From Nanoarchaeum equitans Kin4-M (lineage in GTDB: Archaea > Nanobdellota > Nanobdellia > Nanobdellales > Nanoarchaeaceae), in the NCBI GenBank assembly GCA_000008085.1, contig AE017199.1, positions 360,001 through 392,000 on the forward strand: a stretch of 32,000 bases of DNA, read 5' to 3'. Both the position numbers and the translations under genes were made by a program. Below are positions 8,701 through 16,396 of this stretch, in pieces; the stretch's first letter is position 1, and each line of letters starts with the position of its first letter. The notes below the pieces were generated by a model. It did not search any database. It saw only the letters and a program-made list of their open reading frames with translations, and was not told the DNA's origin.

Positions 8701-9439
8701 AATGCTTGGGTTAGATGCGTTAATCAATTTCTCTAGAGAATATTTGCCCGACAAAAGAGGGGCAAGAACAATGGATGCACCTTTGGTATTAACATTAAAA
8801 TTAGAGCTAAAAGCTGTAGACGATGAAGTACATGATATGGATATTGTTTATAATTATCCTTTGGAATTCTATTACGAAACATTAAAGGGCTCTCCCGCAA
8901 AGGATGTTAAAAAACAATGTGGTATACTAACATTGGGTGATTTTCTAAAAGAAGAAGACATAAGTAAAATACCAATAGGCTTTACCCATCCAACAAAAAG
9001 TATTAGGCTTGGTAATAAGGTTAGCCTATACAAAAGGCTAAAAACTATGCAACAAAAAACTGAATGGCAATTAAAATTGGCAGAAAGAATTAGGGCAGTA
9101 GATGAAAATATTGTTGCAGAAATAGTTATAGAAAAACATTTCATGCCAGATATAAAGGGTAATCTAAGAGGGTTTAGTAGCCAAGTCTTTAGATGCACTA
9201 AATGTGACACCACATACGATAGAGTCCCATTAAGTGGGAAATGTCCAAAATGTGGAGGCAATATAGTATTTACTGTACACGAAGGGACTATAAAGAAATA
9301 TTTGCCTACTTCTCTCTATTTAGCTAGGAAATACAAAATAAAGAAATTCACAAAACAAAGTTTATTCTTATTAGATAGAAGAATCAAACAAATATTCGGG
9401 GGAGAAAAGAAAAGCTTGGCAGATTTTATAAATAGCTAA
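5708..9439 (+). CDS. polC: DNA polymerase II (PolD) large subunit DP2
   Basis: 1243 aa. The N-terminus ...YEIAEKARAQGYDPKD..VEIP aligns to the known DP2 N-terminus. The C-terminal CTKCDTTYDRVPLSGKCPKCGG zinc finger and the internal CNHC..CEVCG finger are present. The length is normal with no intein. The start must be TTG (5708) or GTG (5711), because no in-frame ATG exists near the conserved N-terminus. Confidence 0.92.
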   Translation: MVYYDILAKELEKLYEIAEKARAQGYDPKDIVEIPLANNMGERVAHLISAIHEQLDVKKTAELILELEKQYGFLDWRVGLKLIDYALEGKLIPYDDILKRIDLGVRLALGYITMGVVSAPLEGLVELRIKKRKDGKPYLALYYAGPIRGAGGTAAAVSVLFADYARKKAGLYEYDPTKEEIERYKIEIDSYHNKVARLQYKPSDEEIEFLVKHIPVEINGDPTSDKEVPSYKNLERVETNRIRGGMCLVIAEGIAQKAKKIYGKITEWGKEFGLEHWEFLGEYLKLQKEIQAKLAAESGGEIEGKEIKRKITLFLDEIKKEEITVKYPTPAGKYLQEITAGRPIFSLPMAIGGFRLRYGRSFATGFATSGIHPATMFLTYGFLAIGTQMRGERPKKSTIVTPVTSLHPPIVKLKDGTVKKVHSVVEAIKIANDVEEILFLGDILTAFGDWLNEKANLVPSPYVEEWWIQEFDRAAMKKTDYKIEFDVMKPRKLFKIEGLENLSQYLGIPKDRLEEIIRKPFSRKPTIDEAITISEKLGIPLHPEYTPFWVHITKEELIKLIEELRKAKIQNNKIYFHESQKELKAILEKLFIEHFREGEYFYINESMTKSLLYQLDNLNLEKAKKEFDNAIDALDLVNRLSPIEIRDVAGVYVGFRAGRPEKAKMREMTGRPHGLFPVGEEGGKMRNVIEAYNKGYVKAEFALYYCNHCKRYTIYRKCEVCGNKTKEVYVCKEIINRLKTSLFKQYKDWKKVEEEIASHLWAEAVTHSKNNCREPKRYSLIKLNIKHYVDRAVQKLKLFNIPKLVKGVRGTSNKDHIVERLEKAFLRSVSDVYVNKDGTIRYDGTQIPLTHFRPKDLIGVTIEKLKELGYTHDIYGNPLEREDQILQLKPQDIILPYGILVKSRLNKNKIVRTDAAEAFKKVANFVDEELKRLYNLEPYYNIEKAEDLIGKIVFGIAPHTSAAVVGRIIGFTPIQGIIAHPIWHAGQRRNCDGDETAVMLGLDALINFSREYLPDKRGARTMDAPLVLTLKLELKAVDDEVHDMDIVYNYPLEFYYETLKGSPAKDVKKQCGILTLGDFLKEEDISKIPIGFTHPTKSIRLGNKVSLYKRLKTMQQKTEWQLKLAERIRAVDENIVAEIVIEKHFMPDIKGNLRGFSSQVFRCTKCDTTYDRVPLSGKCPKCGGNIVFTVHEGTIKKYLPTSLYLARKYKIKKFTKQSLFLLDRRIKQIFGGEKKSLADFINS

Positions 9440-9965
9440 CCTTCTTAAAATTTTTAACTAAATATTCAGCCAAATTTTTATCCAATATTGCAATATCTCC
9501 TTTTTCGAAAGGCCCATAGAAGTTACCATCCTCCCAATAGAATTTCTCTATATTAGTATCTATATAGATTATTTCGGGCATCTCTATTTGTTCTGCTTTT
9601 TCTCCATTTAGTATCATGGTTATTGTTTTCCAATATTTGCTTAATACTTCGTATAATTCGTTATACAAAAGTTTTTCTTCAGGTAATCCATTAATCTCTA
9701 CTTTTGTTTCTGTTATTACTGAAGATAAAGCAGTTTCTATTATTTTTTTGATTCTTTTCACGAAAAGTTTTTGCGCTAAAGATCTTATTTCTCCATATTT
9801 TTTGGATAAAGCCTGTTGGGTTTCAAAATCAACTTTAGACATGTCCTCTTTTATAGTTTTAATCGTTGAGACTAAATCGTATAAAAAATTTTGATCTAAT
9901 TCGATTAGCTTTTTGCTTTTACTTTCCTGTTCTAAATATTCTTTTAGTTCTCTAATGGAGACCAT
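9426..9965 (-). CDS. Putative GINS subunit (Gins51/Gins15-like)
   Basis: 179 aa. The helical N-domain begins IRELKEYLEQE..KKLIELDQNFLYDL, and the small C-terminal domain contains GNFYGPFEKGDIAILDKNLAEYLVKN. Together these match the archaeal Gins51 pattern (..L.eLp.dFy.. / ..YGPf.kGDv..lp...a..L). It converges on polD with a 14-nt overlap. Confidence 0.5.
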   Translation of the reverse strand: MVSIRELKEYLEQESKSKKLIELDQNFLYDLVSTIKTIKEDMSKVDFETQQALSKKYGEIRSLAQKLFVKRIKKIIETALSSVITETKVEINGLPEEKLLYNELYEVLSKYWKTITMILNGEKAEQIEMPEIIYIDTNIEKFYWEDGNFYGPFEKGDIAILDKNLAEYLVKNFKKVSYL

Positions 9966-9966
9966 C

Positions 9967-9978
9967 CATTTTTAAATG
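9967..9978 (+). promoter_or_regulatory. Putative TATA box (CATTTTTAAATG) for the 9997 ORF / ABC ATPase pair
   Basis: The 12-mer CATTTTTAAATG lies 19-30 nt upstream of the ATG at 9997. The identical 12-mer, on the other strand, precedes the tRNA half at 20406-20417. Confidence 0.4.
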
Positions 9979-9996
9979 CCTTAGAGTTTAAATAAA

Positions 9997-10215
9997 ATGA
10001 AAGTAGGAAAAGATATAATTTTATTAGTTCTAGCGGGGGTATCTTTAATTATAGTAGGAAGCTATATGCTAATGCAAAACCAACCAAATGAAAAGACCAA
10101 TAATGTAACTAATGTTAATAATACTAATAACAATAATACTACCAATACCAATAATGTTGATGAAGTTAATGCTACTCTAAAAGCTCTAGAAGAATTATTA
10201 AATGAAAGTCCTTAA
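9997..10215 (+). CDS. Small single-pass membrane protein with an Asn/Thr-rich low-complexity ectodomain
   Basis: 72 aa. An N-terminal TM helix (IILLVLAGVSLIIVGSYML) is followed by NNVTNVNNTNNNNTTNTNNVDEVNAT, which carries multiple N-x-T sequons. It has a 14-nt overlap with the ABC ATPase gene. Confidence 0.45.
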   Translation: MKVGKDIILLVLAGVSLIIVGSYMLMQNQPNEKTNNVTNVNNTNNNNTTNTNNVDEVNATLKALEELLNESP

Positions 10216-10894
10216 ATTAGAAGGAATTAGAAAATCCTATAATGATTTGGTAGTTTTGGATAATATAAATTTAGATATAGATGAAGGAGAGTTCGTTTCT
10301 ATAATGGGGCCGAGTGGTTCTGGAAAAACCACGCTATTAAATATAATGGGTTTGTTAGATAAACCGGATAAAGGCAAAATAATAATAAAAAACAAAGATG
10401 TTACTAATATTTATGATGATAATATTTTGTCCTACATTAGAGGGAAAGAAATAGGTTTTGTTTTTCAACATAGCTATTTAATACCTGTATTAACAGCTTT
10501 GGAAAATGTTTTGTTACCATCAATATTTATTGGGAGTCCAAATAAAGATAGAGCTAAAAAGTTATTGGATTTGGTAGGCCTAAAAGGTTATTATAATCAT
10601 TATCCCAACCAACTTAGCGGAGGACAACAACAAAGAGTGGCAATAGCGAGAGCTTTAATGAATAACCCATCAATTATTTTAGCTGACGAGCCCACAGCGA
10701 GCTTAGATGTAAAAACAGCAAAAACTATTGTCAACCTATTCAAAGAACTAAACGATAAAGGCCATACTATAGTTATGGTAACCCATGATCCAAATATAGC
10801 GAAATACTCGAAAAGAATTGTTGTATTGTATGGAGGAAAAATATTATCGGACAATGCCTCTTTAGAGGAAGCGTTGAAATTGATTGAACAATGA
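10202..10894 (+). CDS. ABC transporter ATP-binding protein (LolD/MacB-like family)
   Basis: Walker A GPSGSGKTT, Q-loop, signature LSGGQQQR, Walker B IILADEPT and H-loop VTHD are all present. Confidence 0.88.
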   Translation: MKVLKLEGIRKSYNDLVVLDNINLDIDEGEFVSIMGPSGSGKTTLLNIMGLLDKPDKGKIIIKNKDVTNIYDDNILSYIRGKEIGFVFQHSYLIPVLTALENVLLPSIFIGSPNKDRAKKLLDLVGLKGYYNHYPNQLSGGQQQRVAIARALMNNPSIILADEPTASLDVKTAKTIVNLFKELNDKGHTIVMVTHDPNIAKYSKRIVVLYGGKILSDNASLEEALKLIEQ

Positions 10895-11544
10895 TATACT
10901 TAATTGGTTTGGGCATAAGAAAGGGCGATATATCATATAGAGCAATAGAATTGTTAAAAAATTTGGATAAAATATATTTAGATAGCTATACCGTTTACAT
11001 AAATAGCTATTACAAAGATTACATAAAATGGTTAGAGAACATTATTGACAAAAAAATAATTTTTGCCGATAGGGCTTTGGTTGAAGAGCAATTAGAAGAA
11101 ATTGCTAAAAAAGAAGATGTTGCTTTATTAACGATTGGGGATCCCTTGTTCGCCACTACTCATATATATCAATTCAAAGATTTAATAAAAGATATAATAC
11201 ATGCGCCTTCAGTTTTGAATTATATATATAATTTGGGCCTAAGCCCATATAGGTTTGGTAGAATAATATCTATTCCCCACCCATCTAAAGGGTTATACGA
11301 CATAGAAAGTAAAATAGAGGTAAATTTAAAAAATGATTTACATACTTTAATTTTGTTAGATACAGATCCCGTTTTAGATTACAAAACTGCAATAAAAGTA
11401 TATAATTTAGACAAATATTGCACTATAGCAGTATCTATTGGGGAAAAAATAGTCTATGGCAAAGAAATAGATGCGCCTCCCCCACATGCTTTAATAATAC
11501 CCGCAAAACTTATGCATTATGAAAAAGATTTCATCCAATGTTGA
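10891..11544 (+). CDS. dphB: Diphthine synthase
   Basis: MIYLIGLGI..., GDPLFATTH, IHAPSV, LHTLILLD and PPHALIIPAKLMHYE match archaeal diphthine synthase (Dph5) motifs in order. At 217 aa it is somewhat shorter than typical homologues. Confidence 0.85.
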   Translation: MIYLIGLGIRKGDISYRAIELLKNLDKIYLDSYTVYINSYYKDYIKWLENIIDKKIIFADRALVEEQLEEIAKKEDVALLTIGDPLFATTHIYQFKDLIKDIIHAPSVLNYIYNLGLSPYRFGRIISIPHPSKGLYDIESKIEVNLKNDLHTLILLDTDPVLDYKTAIKVYNLDKYCTIAVSIGEKIVYGKEIDAPPPHALIIPAKLMHYEKDFIQC

Positions 11545-11896
11545 GAGAGAAATACAATCTTTAATATGGGAAAAGGGTTTTGCTTGCTTAAGGATAGCAG
11601 GCTCTGGCTCCTCTCGATATCCAGCGGCAGATTTAATAGCCAAAATAAAGGACTTATATATTATAGAGGTAAAATATACTCACAAAGATTATGTTTATAT
11701 AAAAGATGAGCAATTAGAGCAAATTGAATTGCTATGCAAAAAATTTGAAGCTAAACCTTTAATAGTGATAAAGTTTTCCCGAAAAGGAATCTATTGTACT
11801 ACGAATTTGCGAAATAAATATACTATAAATGATGGAGATTTAGTTAATTTTAAAGAATGGCTATCTGCAGCGCCTGGTTTCTTCACTAATCAGTAA
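11519..11896 (+). CDS. hjc: Holliday junction resolvase Hjc
   Basis: VEREIQSLIWEKGFACLRIAGSG...ADLIA....YIIEVKYT...VYIKDEQLEQIELLCKKFEAKPLIVIKF matches the Hjc core, including the catalytic E, D and EVK. It overlaps the dphB end by 26 nt. Confidence 0.8.
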   Translation: MKKISSNVEREIQSLIWEKGFACLRIAGSGSSRYPAADLIAKIKDLYIIEVKYTHKDYVYIKDEQLEQIELLCKKFEAKPLIVIKFSRKGIYCTTNLRNKYTINDGDLVNFKEWLSAAPGFFTNQ

Positions 11897-13187
11897 TCGG
11901 CAAACTCTTCATTGCTTTAATTTCTATACCCCTCTTTTTTAAAGCTTTCTTTAAGGTTAAAGCTAAAGTACCCTCTTTACAATAGATGCAATCTCCTTTC
12001 TTAGTTCTAATAAATTTCCAAATAGATATGGGGTTTTCGCAATAATCTAATTCCTCTTCATAACTTTTTATAGGCAAATTAGTTTTCGCTTCTTTTATTA
12101 AGCTATCTATATTTATGTCAATTTTGTCCAACCATTTTTTTATTATCTCTTCTTTAGGTTCTATAACAGTTTTCCTACCTAATGCACACATCTCTTTAAC
12201 TTTAATAACATAATCATATAAGCCCAATTCTCTTATATACTCTATTACTTCTTCTTTGTCTAATCCCGCTATAGGTCTAAATACACTTATGCTATCTAAG
12301 GTTAAGCTATCAATAGTTTCTAAGCTTTTTAGGGTTTGAGTACTTTTTTGCCCAATAGATTCCCCAATAAAGATAGATTTTAAACCTAATTTTTTTGCCA
12401 AAGCTTTAGCAGTCTTATGCATTATTATCTTAAGTAAGATTTGCCTGTATTTTTCTTCCACATTCATTAATAATTGGTAATAAACTTCGCTAAATGGTAT
12501 AGAAATAAAAATCGAATCTGGGGAGAATTCTTTTATTTTTTCATAAACTTCATATACAGTTTTTTCTATAAAATCGTCGAAAGGGTTAAAATAAACTATT
12601 ATTGGTATAACCCCCCTTTTGATAGCAAATATAGCTGTTAAAGTGGAATCAAACCCCCCAGAAAATAAAGACAAAGCTTTGCCTTCACTACCATAGGGCA
12701 AACCTCCTAGACCTTTTTCTTCCGAATAATAAATATAAACTTTATCTCTTATGTTTATTCTTATTATATTGTCAGGATTTTTTAGATTAACTTTTTTATC
12801 ACTATTTTTTTCTATATAAGAACCGACAATTTTGGCTATCTCTAAACTATTGTAAGGAAAATTCTTATCTGCTCTAATAACTTTTATTTTGAAAGTTTTT
12901 CTTGGTAGCCTTTTAGCCAATTCCAAAGCATATTTTTTTATTGATTCTAAATCTTTTTCTACTTCTAATGCAGGGTATATTTTATTTATTCCAGGAACGA
13001 GCTTTAGTTTTCTTATTATTTCTCCTACATCTCCTTTGAATATAAATAAACCCCTATCTATTTTTAACACATCGTAGGGAACTTTCCTTTTTATATCTTT
13101 AATTAATAGTTTAAGCAAACCTTTTTTGCTTCTTTCCCCTTTTAAGAATATTTCTCCCCAACTAGCTAGTACAGCATTATAGAACAT
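11886..13187 (-). CDS. thiI: tRNA 4-thiouridine synthase ThiI (THUMP + PP-loop ATPase)
   Basis: The N-terminus ...WGEIFLKGERSKK is a ThiI/THUMP-type start. A PP-loop SLFSGGFDST is present. 433 aa. Confidence 0.8.
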   Translation of the reverse strand: MFYNAVLASWGEIFLKGERSKKGLLKLLIKDIKRKVPYDVLKIDRGLFIFKGDVGEIIRKLKLVPGINKIYPALEVEKDLESIKKYALELAKRLPRKTFKIKVIRADKNFPYNSLEIAKIVGSYIEKNSDKKVNLKNPDNIIRINIRDKVYIYYSEEKGLGGLPYGSEGKALSLFSGGFDSTLTAIFAIKRGVIPIIVYFNPFDDFIEKTVYEVYEKIKEFSPDSIFISIPFSEVYYQLLMNVEEKYRQILLKIIMHKTAKALAKKLGLKSIFIGESIGQKSTQTLKSLETIDSLTLDSISVFRPIAGLDKEEVIEYIRELGLYDYVIKVKEMCALGRKTVIEPKEEIIKKWLDKIDINIDSLIKEAKTNLPIKSYEEELDYCENPISIWKFIRTKKGDCIYCKEGTLALTLKKALKKRGIEIKAMKSLPITD

Positions 13188-15321
13188 CTTTTTTATTTTT
13201 CATCTTCTTTAAAGTTTGCTCGTACATTTTTAGGTTTCCATCGATATAATGCTTTCTAAACAATTCATTTGCTATTACTACTTCTTTGCCTTCTAAAATA
13301 TTATATTTAACTAGCAAAGATAATTGCCATTCTTTAGCTTTTAAATAAGACAATAGCGAGACAAAATCTTTGAAATGTCTTACTCTTTTTATTATCTCTC
13401 TTAAGGTATAACTATTGGACAAATCGTTTATTATTGTTTTGTCGCTTTTAGAATCGTATATTGCCAAATCTATAAAGGCATTTTCTTCCAATGGGTCTTT
13501 CTCCCAATATTTGGTTAATTCTGTAATTTGTACTAGTTTTCTTTTAAGTTTAAGCCCATCAATTATTTTGTTTAACATAACAATTATATCTACTGCTTTA
13601 AATGATGTTTTAGGCACTCCTAAATCATTAACAACTCTATCATACAAACCATAAGGGGTTTCAGCATGGATTGTGCCTAAAACGCTATGGGCCAAAGCTC
13701 CAACCCTCATCGCTTCAAACAAAGCTATTGCTTCCTTAGATCTAACTTCTCCCAAAACTAATGCTGAATCGCCCAATCTAAGGGAAGCCCTAATTCCATA
13801 CTCTGCTGGCAATTCTTTTGATTCTATAGATAATGGAGATTTTACTTTTAGAGATAATACATTATAACCTATTCTTTGCAAATATTCTGTTGGTATCTCT
13901 AATACATCTTCTATTGTTATTATTCTAGTACTTAATGGTATTTCCAATAACAAAGCCGTTAATAGAGAGGTTTTGCCTGCCCCTCTTGGGCCAGCAATTA
14001 ATATGGTTCTACCAAATTCTACAAAAAAACTTAATAGGGCTGCAGATTGGTAATCCAGCATTTCATATTTTATTAATAATGGCAAAGTCCATGGTTTATC
14101 TCTATGCCTTCTAATGGAAAACCCATAGCCATATGGAGATAAAGGTTTTGTTACTGCCGCAACCCTAATTCTATTGTTTTTTATTTTTAACTCTGTATCT
14201 AATATTGGGTTTGCTTCATCCAATGGTCTGCCTGAATAAAGTTTTAGCCTTGTAACTAATATTTCTGCTTCTATAGGAGTTAGTTTTATGTTGGATTCCA
14301 AATAACCATACTCTGTATGGTAGACAAATATAGGGTTTTCCCCCGTTGGAGGGTTAATAGATATGTCCTCAATATTTTTATCCTCTAAAATTGTTTCAAT
14401 AATCCCTAAGCCTGCAGTGTACTTTAATAGTATAGAGGAGAGTTTTTCCAATTTATCTTTAGTTAGGTTTATCCTATAATATTGGGCTAGCCTAATTAAG
14501 GTATCTTTTCCTAATTGGTAAAAAACATCTCTTAAATTTGATGGTTCTATTAAATTGGACTGCAACGGATTATAGCGAGACAATTGGTATCTAGCTTTGG
14601 AAAGCAAATCATACTCTTCGGGAGACAAAGAAAACTCTATAGGGATCAAATGGTATTTCAATTTAATACCGGTATCAACAATATATATGTTTGCTTCATT
14701 AGTTTTATAAAAATCTATAATTTTTGATTTAGACGGGATTTGGGTTATTAGCTTAACATACATAAAGCTTGGCTTAATTAATGGGTAAAACAATTCCCTA
14801 TATATAGTTCTATCCCCTATTTGGTATCCAATAAGTTTGTCCTTTACTAAAGAAATCATTTTTGTATTGTCTAAAGATTTAATGGCTTTTTTGACTATAG
14901 ATAATAGGTTAACCAATTCTTTACTATTAGTTTTTTCGATCTCTATTTCTATTTTTTTCTCTAACCTTTTCAAAGAAACATAAGAGCTTATTGGATCTCT
15001 AGGTAACAATGTTATTATAGTATGGTATTGTTCAAAATATTTATCTATATATGGTATACCCGTGGGCCTTGGTATAAACATATACAAATCACTATATATT
15101 TGGGCGATCTCTTTTAACAACGCTAATTGGTTATAATCATATTCGTAACTATCACCTTGTTCAAATATTATCGAATAAACATCGGGAATTTGCGTTAATA
15201 GCTTTATAGTAAAATCCATTATATTGGGGTTGTCTTCTATTAATGGTATGTCATTATAATTGTTGGCATCAACAATTACTATTTTTTTATCCTCTGTTTC
15301 CTCTATTTTATATGGTAACAC
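13177..15321 (-). CDS. Type II/IV secretion-family ATPase (FlaI/VirB11/GspE-like) with a long N-terminal extension
   Basis: Walker A is in LIAGPRGAGKTSLL, followed by RIITIEDVLEI, SLRLGDSALVLGEVRSKEAIALFEAMRVGA and GTIHA, which is a FlaI-like core. At 714 aa it is longer than typical FlaI. It uses a GTG start (RC of cac at 15319-15321). Confidence 0.75.
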   Translation of the reverse strand: MLPYKIEETEDKKIVIVDANNYNDIPLIEDNPNIMDFTIKLLTQIPDVYSIIFEQGDSYEYDYNQLALLKEIAQIYSDLYMFIPRPTGIPYIDKYFEQYHTIITLLPRDPISSYVSLKRLEKKIEIEIEKTNSKELVNLLSIVKKAIKSLDNTKMISLVKDKLIGYQIGDRTIYRELFYPLIKPSFMYVKLITQIPSKSKIIDFYKTNEANIYIVDTGIKLKYHLIPIEFSLSPEEYDLLSKARYQLSRYNPLQSNLIEPSNLRDVFYQLGKDTLIRLAQYYRINLTKDKLEKLSSILLKYTAGLGIIETILEDKNIEDISINPPTGENPIFVYHTEYGYLESNIKLTPIEAEILVTRLKLYSGRPLDEANPILDTELKIKNNRIRVAAVTKPLSPYGYGFSIRRHRDKPWTLPLLIKYEMLDYQSAALLSFFVEFGRTILIAGPRGAGKTSLLTALLLEIPLSTRIITIEDVLEIPTEYLQRIGYNVLSLKVKSPLSIESKELPAEYGIRASLRLGDSALVLGEVRSKEAIALFEAMRVGALAHSVLGTIHAETPYGLYDRVVNDLGVPKTSFKAVDIIVMLNKIIDGLKLKRKLVQITELTKYWEKDPLEENAFIDLAIYDSKSDKTIINDLSNSYTLREIIKRVRHFKDFVSLLSYLKAKEWQLSLLVKYNILEGKEVVIANELFRKHYIDGNLKMYEQTLKKMKNKKDVL

Positions 15322-15338
15322 TATAACTTTTCAATAAC

Positions 15339-15350
15339 AAAAAATAAAAA
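15339..15350 (-). terminator. Oligo-T tract (T5-A-T6) downstream of radA and the C/D sRNA; may double as the TATA region of the FlaI-like gene
   Basis: The minus strand reads CUGA-AA-UUUUUAUUUUUU directly after the sRNA D box. Archaeal RNA polymerase terminates at oligo-T. The same tract lies 18-29 nt upstream of the GTG at 15321. Confidence 0.4.
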
Positions 15351-15403
15351 TTTCAGTTTGTAACTCTCTCGTCATTACTCAGCACGCCAAGAATTCATCA
15401 CTC
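15351..15403 (-). ncRNA. C/D box sRNA immediately 3' of radA, sharing its stop codon
   Basis: On the minus strand, C box GUGAUGA is at 15401-15395, followed by a 12-nt guide AUUCUUGGCGUG and D' box CUGA. After a 3-nt linker come C' box AUGACGA, a 12-nt guide GAGAGUUACAAA and D box CUGA at 15356-15353. The first UGA of the C box is the radA stop codon (15400-15398). Confidence 0.82.
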
Positions 15404-16354
15404 TGGGTCTCTTATACCTTCTTCAGTAATAACGAATGTTGTTTCTCTCTCTGGTAAGTGGGGCGAATCTACTAATCTGGCAATTCTTATACCTTTTTTA
15501 CCCTTTCTTAAGAATACTCTATAGGTTGATGCATGTGCTAATACATGCCCTCCAACGGCTTGTACTGAATCTAGGCCTGGAATAAAAGAATCTGGTTTAG
15601 CCATTACTTGGTTTGTTACATATATTGCCACATTATATAATTCGGCTATCCTTAATAAATCATGTACATGCCTTCCTAATTTGTGTTGCCTTTCTGCTAG
15701 CTGTCCTCTTCCTGTATATTCAGCTCTAAACAAAGCTGTTAAAGAATCTACTACAATTAATTTTATTGGTTCTCCTTTTCTTATTAGCTCTTCTGCTTTT
15801 CTCGCAGCAAGCATTTGGTGGTCTGTGTTAAATACTTTCATATGATACACATTTTTTAAAGCTTTCTTTGGATCTAAATCTAATGCTTCGGCCATCTGTT
15901 TTATTCTTTCTGGCCTAAATGTACCTTCTGTATCTATATATACGGCTTTCCCTTCTAATCCTCCTTGTTCTGGGGGTAATTGCACATCAACGGCTAATTG
16001 GTGGCCTACTTGTGTTTTACCAGAACCATATTCTCCATAAAACTCTGTTAATGCTGCGGTTTCTATACCTCCCCCCAATAGGGAATCTAAGTTTTTGGAC
16101 ATAGTCGTTATTCTAGCAGTTTTTTGCCTTTCCTCTAATACCTCTTCTGCTGTTTTAAATTCCAATAATCCTAATCTCTCCATCGCAGCTTCAATAATTT
16201 TTCTGGCTGTAGCTTCCCCAATATCTGCAGCTTCCATTAGTTCTTCTACACTCGCGGAAGCAATTTTTATTAATGAATCGTAACCAGCACTAATTAGTTT
16301 TTCAGCAGTTTTTGGGCCTACCCCAGGTAAAGATCTAATATCATCCTTAGACAT
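15398..16354 (-). CDS. radA: DNA repair and recombination protein RadA
   Basis: The N-terminal HhH motif ([17 protein letters not shown]), Walker [10 protein letters not shown], and [13 protein letters not shown] are present. I place the start at the ATG at 16354 ([13 protein letters not shown]). The ORF-track extension to 16375 begins with TTG and adds 7 non-conserved residues. Confidence 0.93.
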
Positions 16355-16396
16355 AGGATTAGCTAAAAATAACAAATTAAAAAGGTTGTAATAAAT

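Noticed and set aside
5708-9439. Possible inteins in PolD DP2, and likewise in RadA, RFC-L and the reverse gyrase half, since archaeal replication genes often carry them.
   Set aside because: The protein lengths are those of intein-free homologues. Conserved motifs are contiguous, and I saw no Cys/Ser...His-Asn-Cys/Ser/Thr splice-junction blocks or homing-endonuclease motifs.
10095-10170. AAT/ACT-rich repetitive tract considered as a tandem repeat, CRISPR-like array or non-coding microsatellite.
   Set aside because: It is imperfect and in-frame within a 72-aa ORF, encoding an Asn/Thr-rich ectodomain. No repeat-spacer periodicity is present. No CRISPR-like repeats occur anywhere in the window.
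15398-16354. radA appears somewhat more GC-rich than its neighbours, which raised the possibility of horizontal acquisition.
   Set aside because: I did not compute composition. The enrichment is adequately explained by the Gly/Ala/Arg-rich conserved RecA-fold sequence, and codon usage otherwise looks like that of the neighbours.
16355-16375. ORF-track N-terminal extension of RadA (MLFLANP...) starting at TTG.
   Set aside because: The ATG at 16354 gives [13 protein letters not shown], a typical RadA N-terminus directly before the HhH motif. The 7 extra residues are non-conserved and depend on a TTG start.
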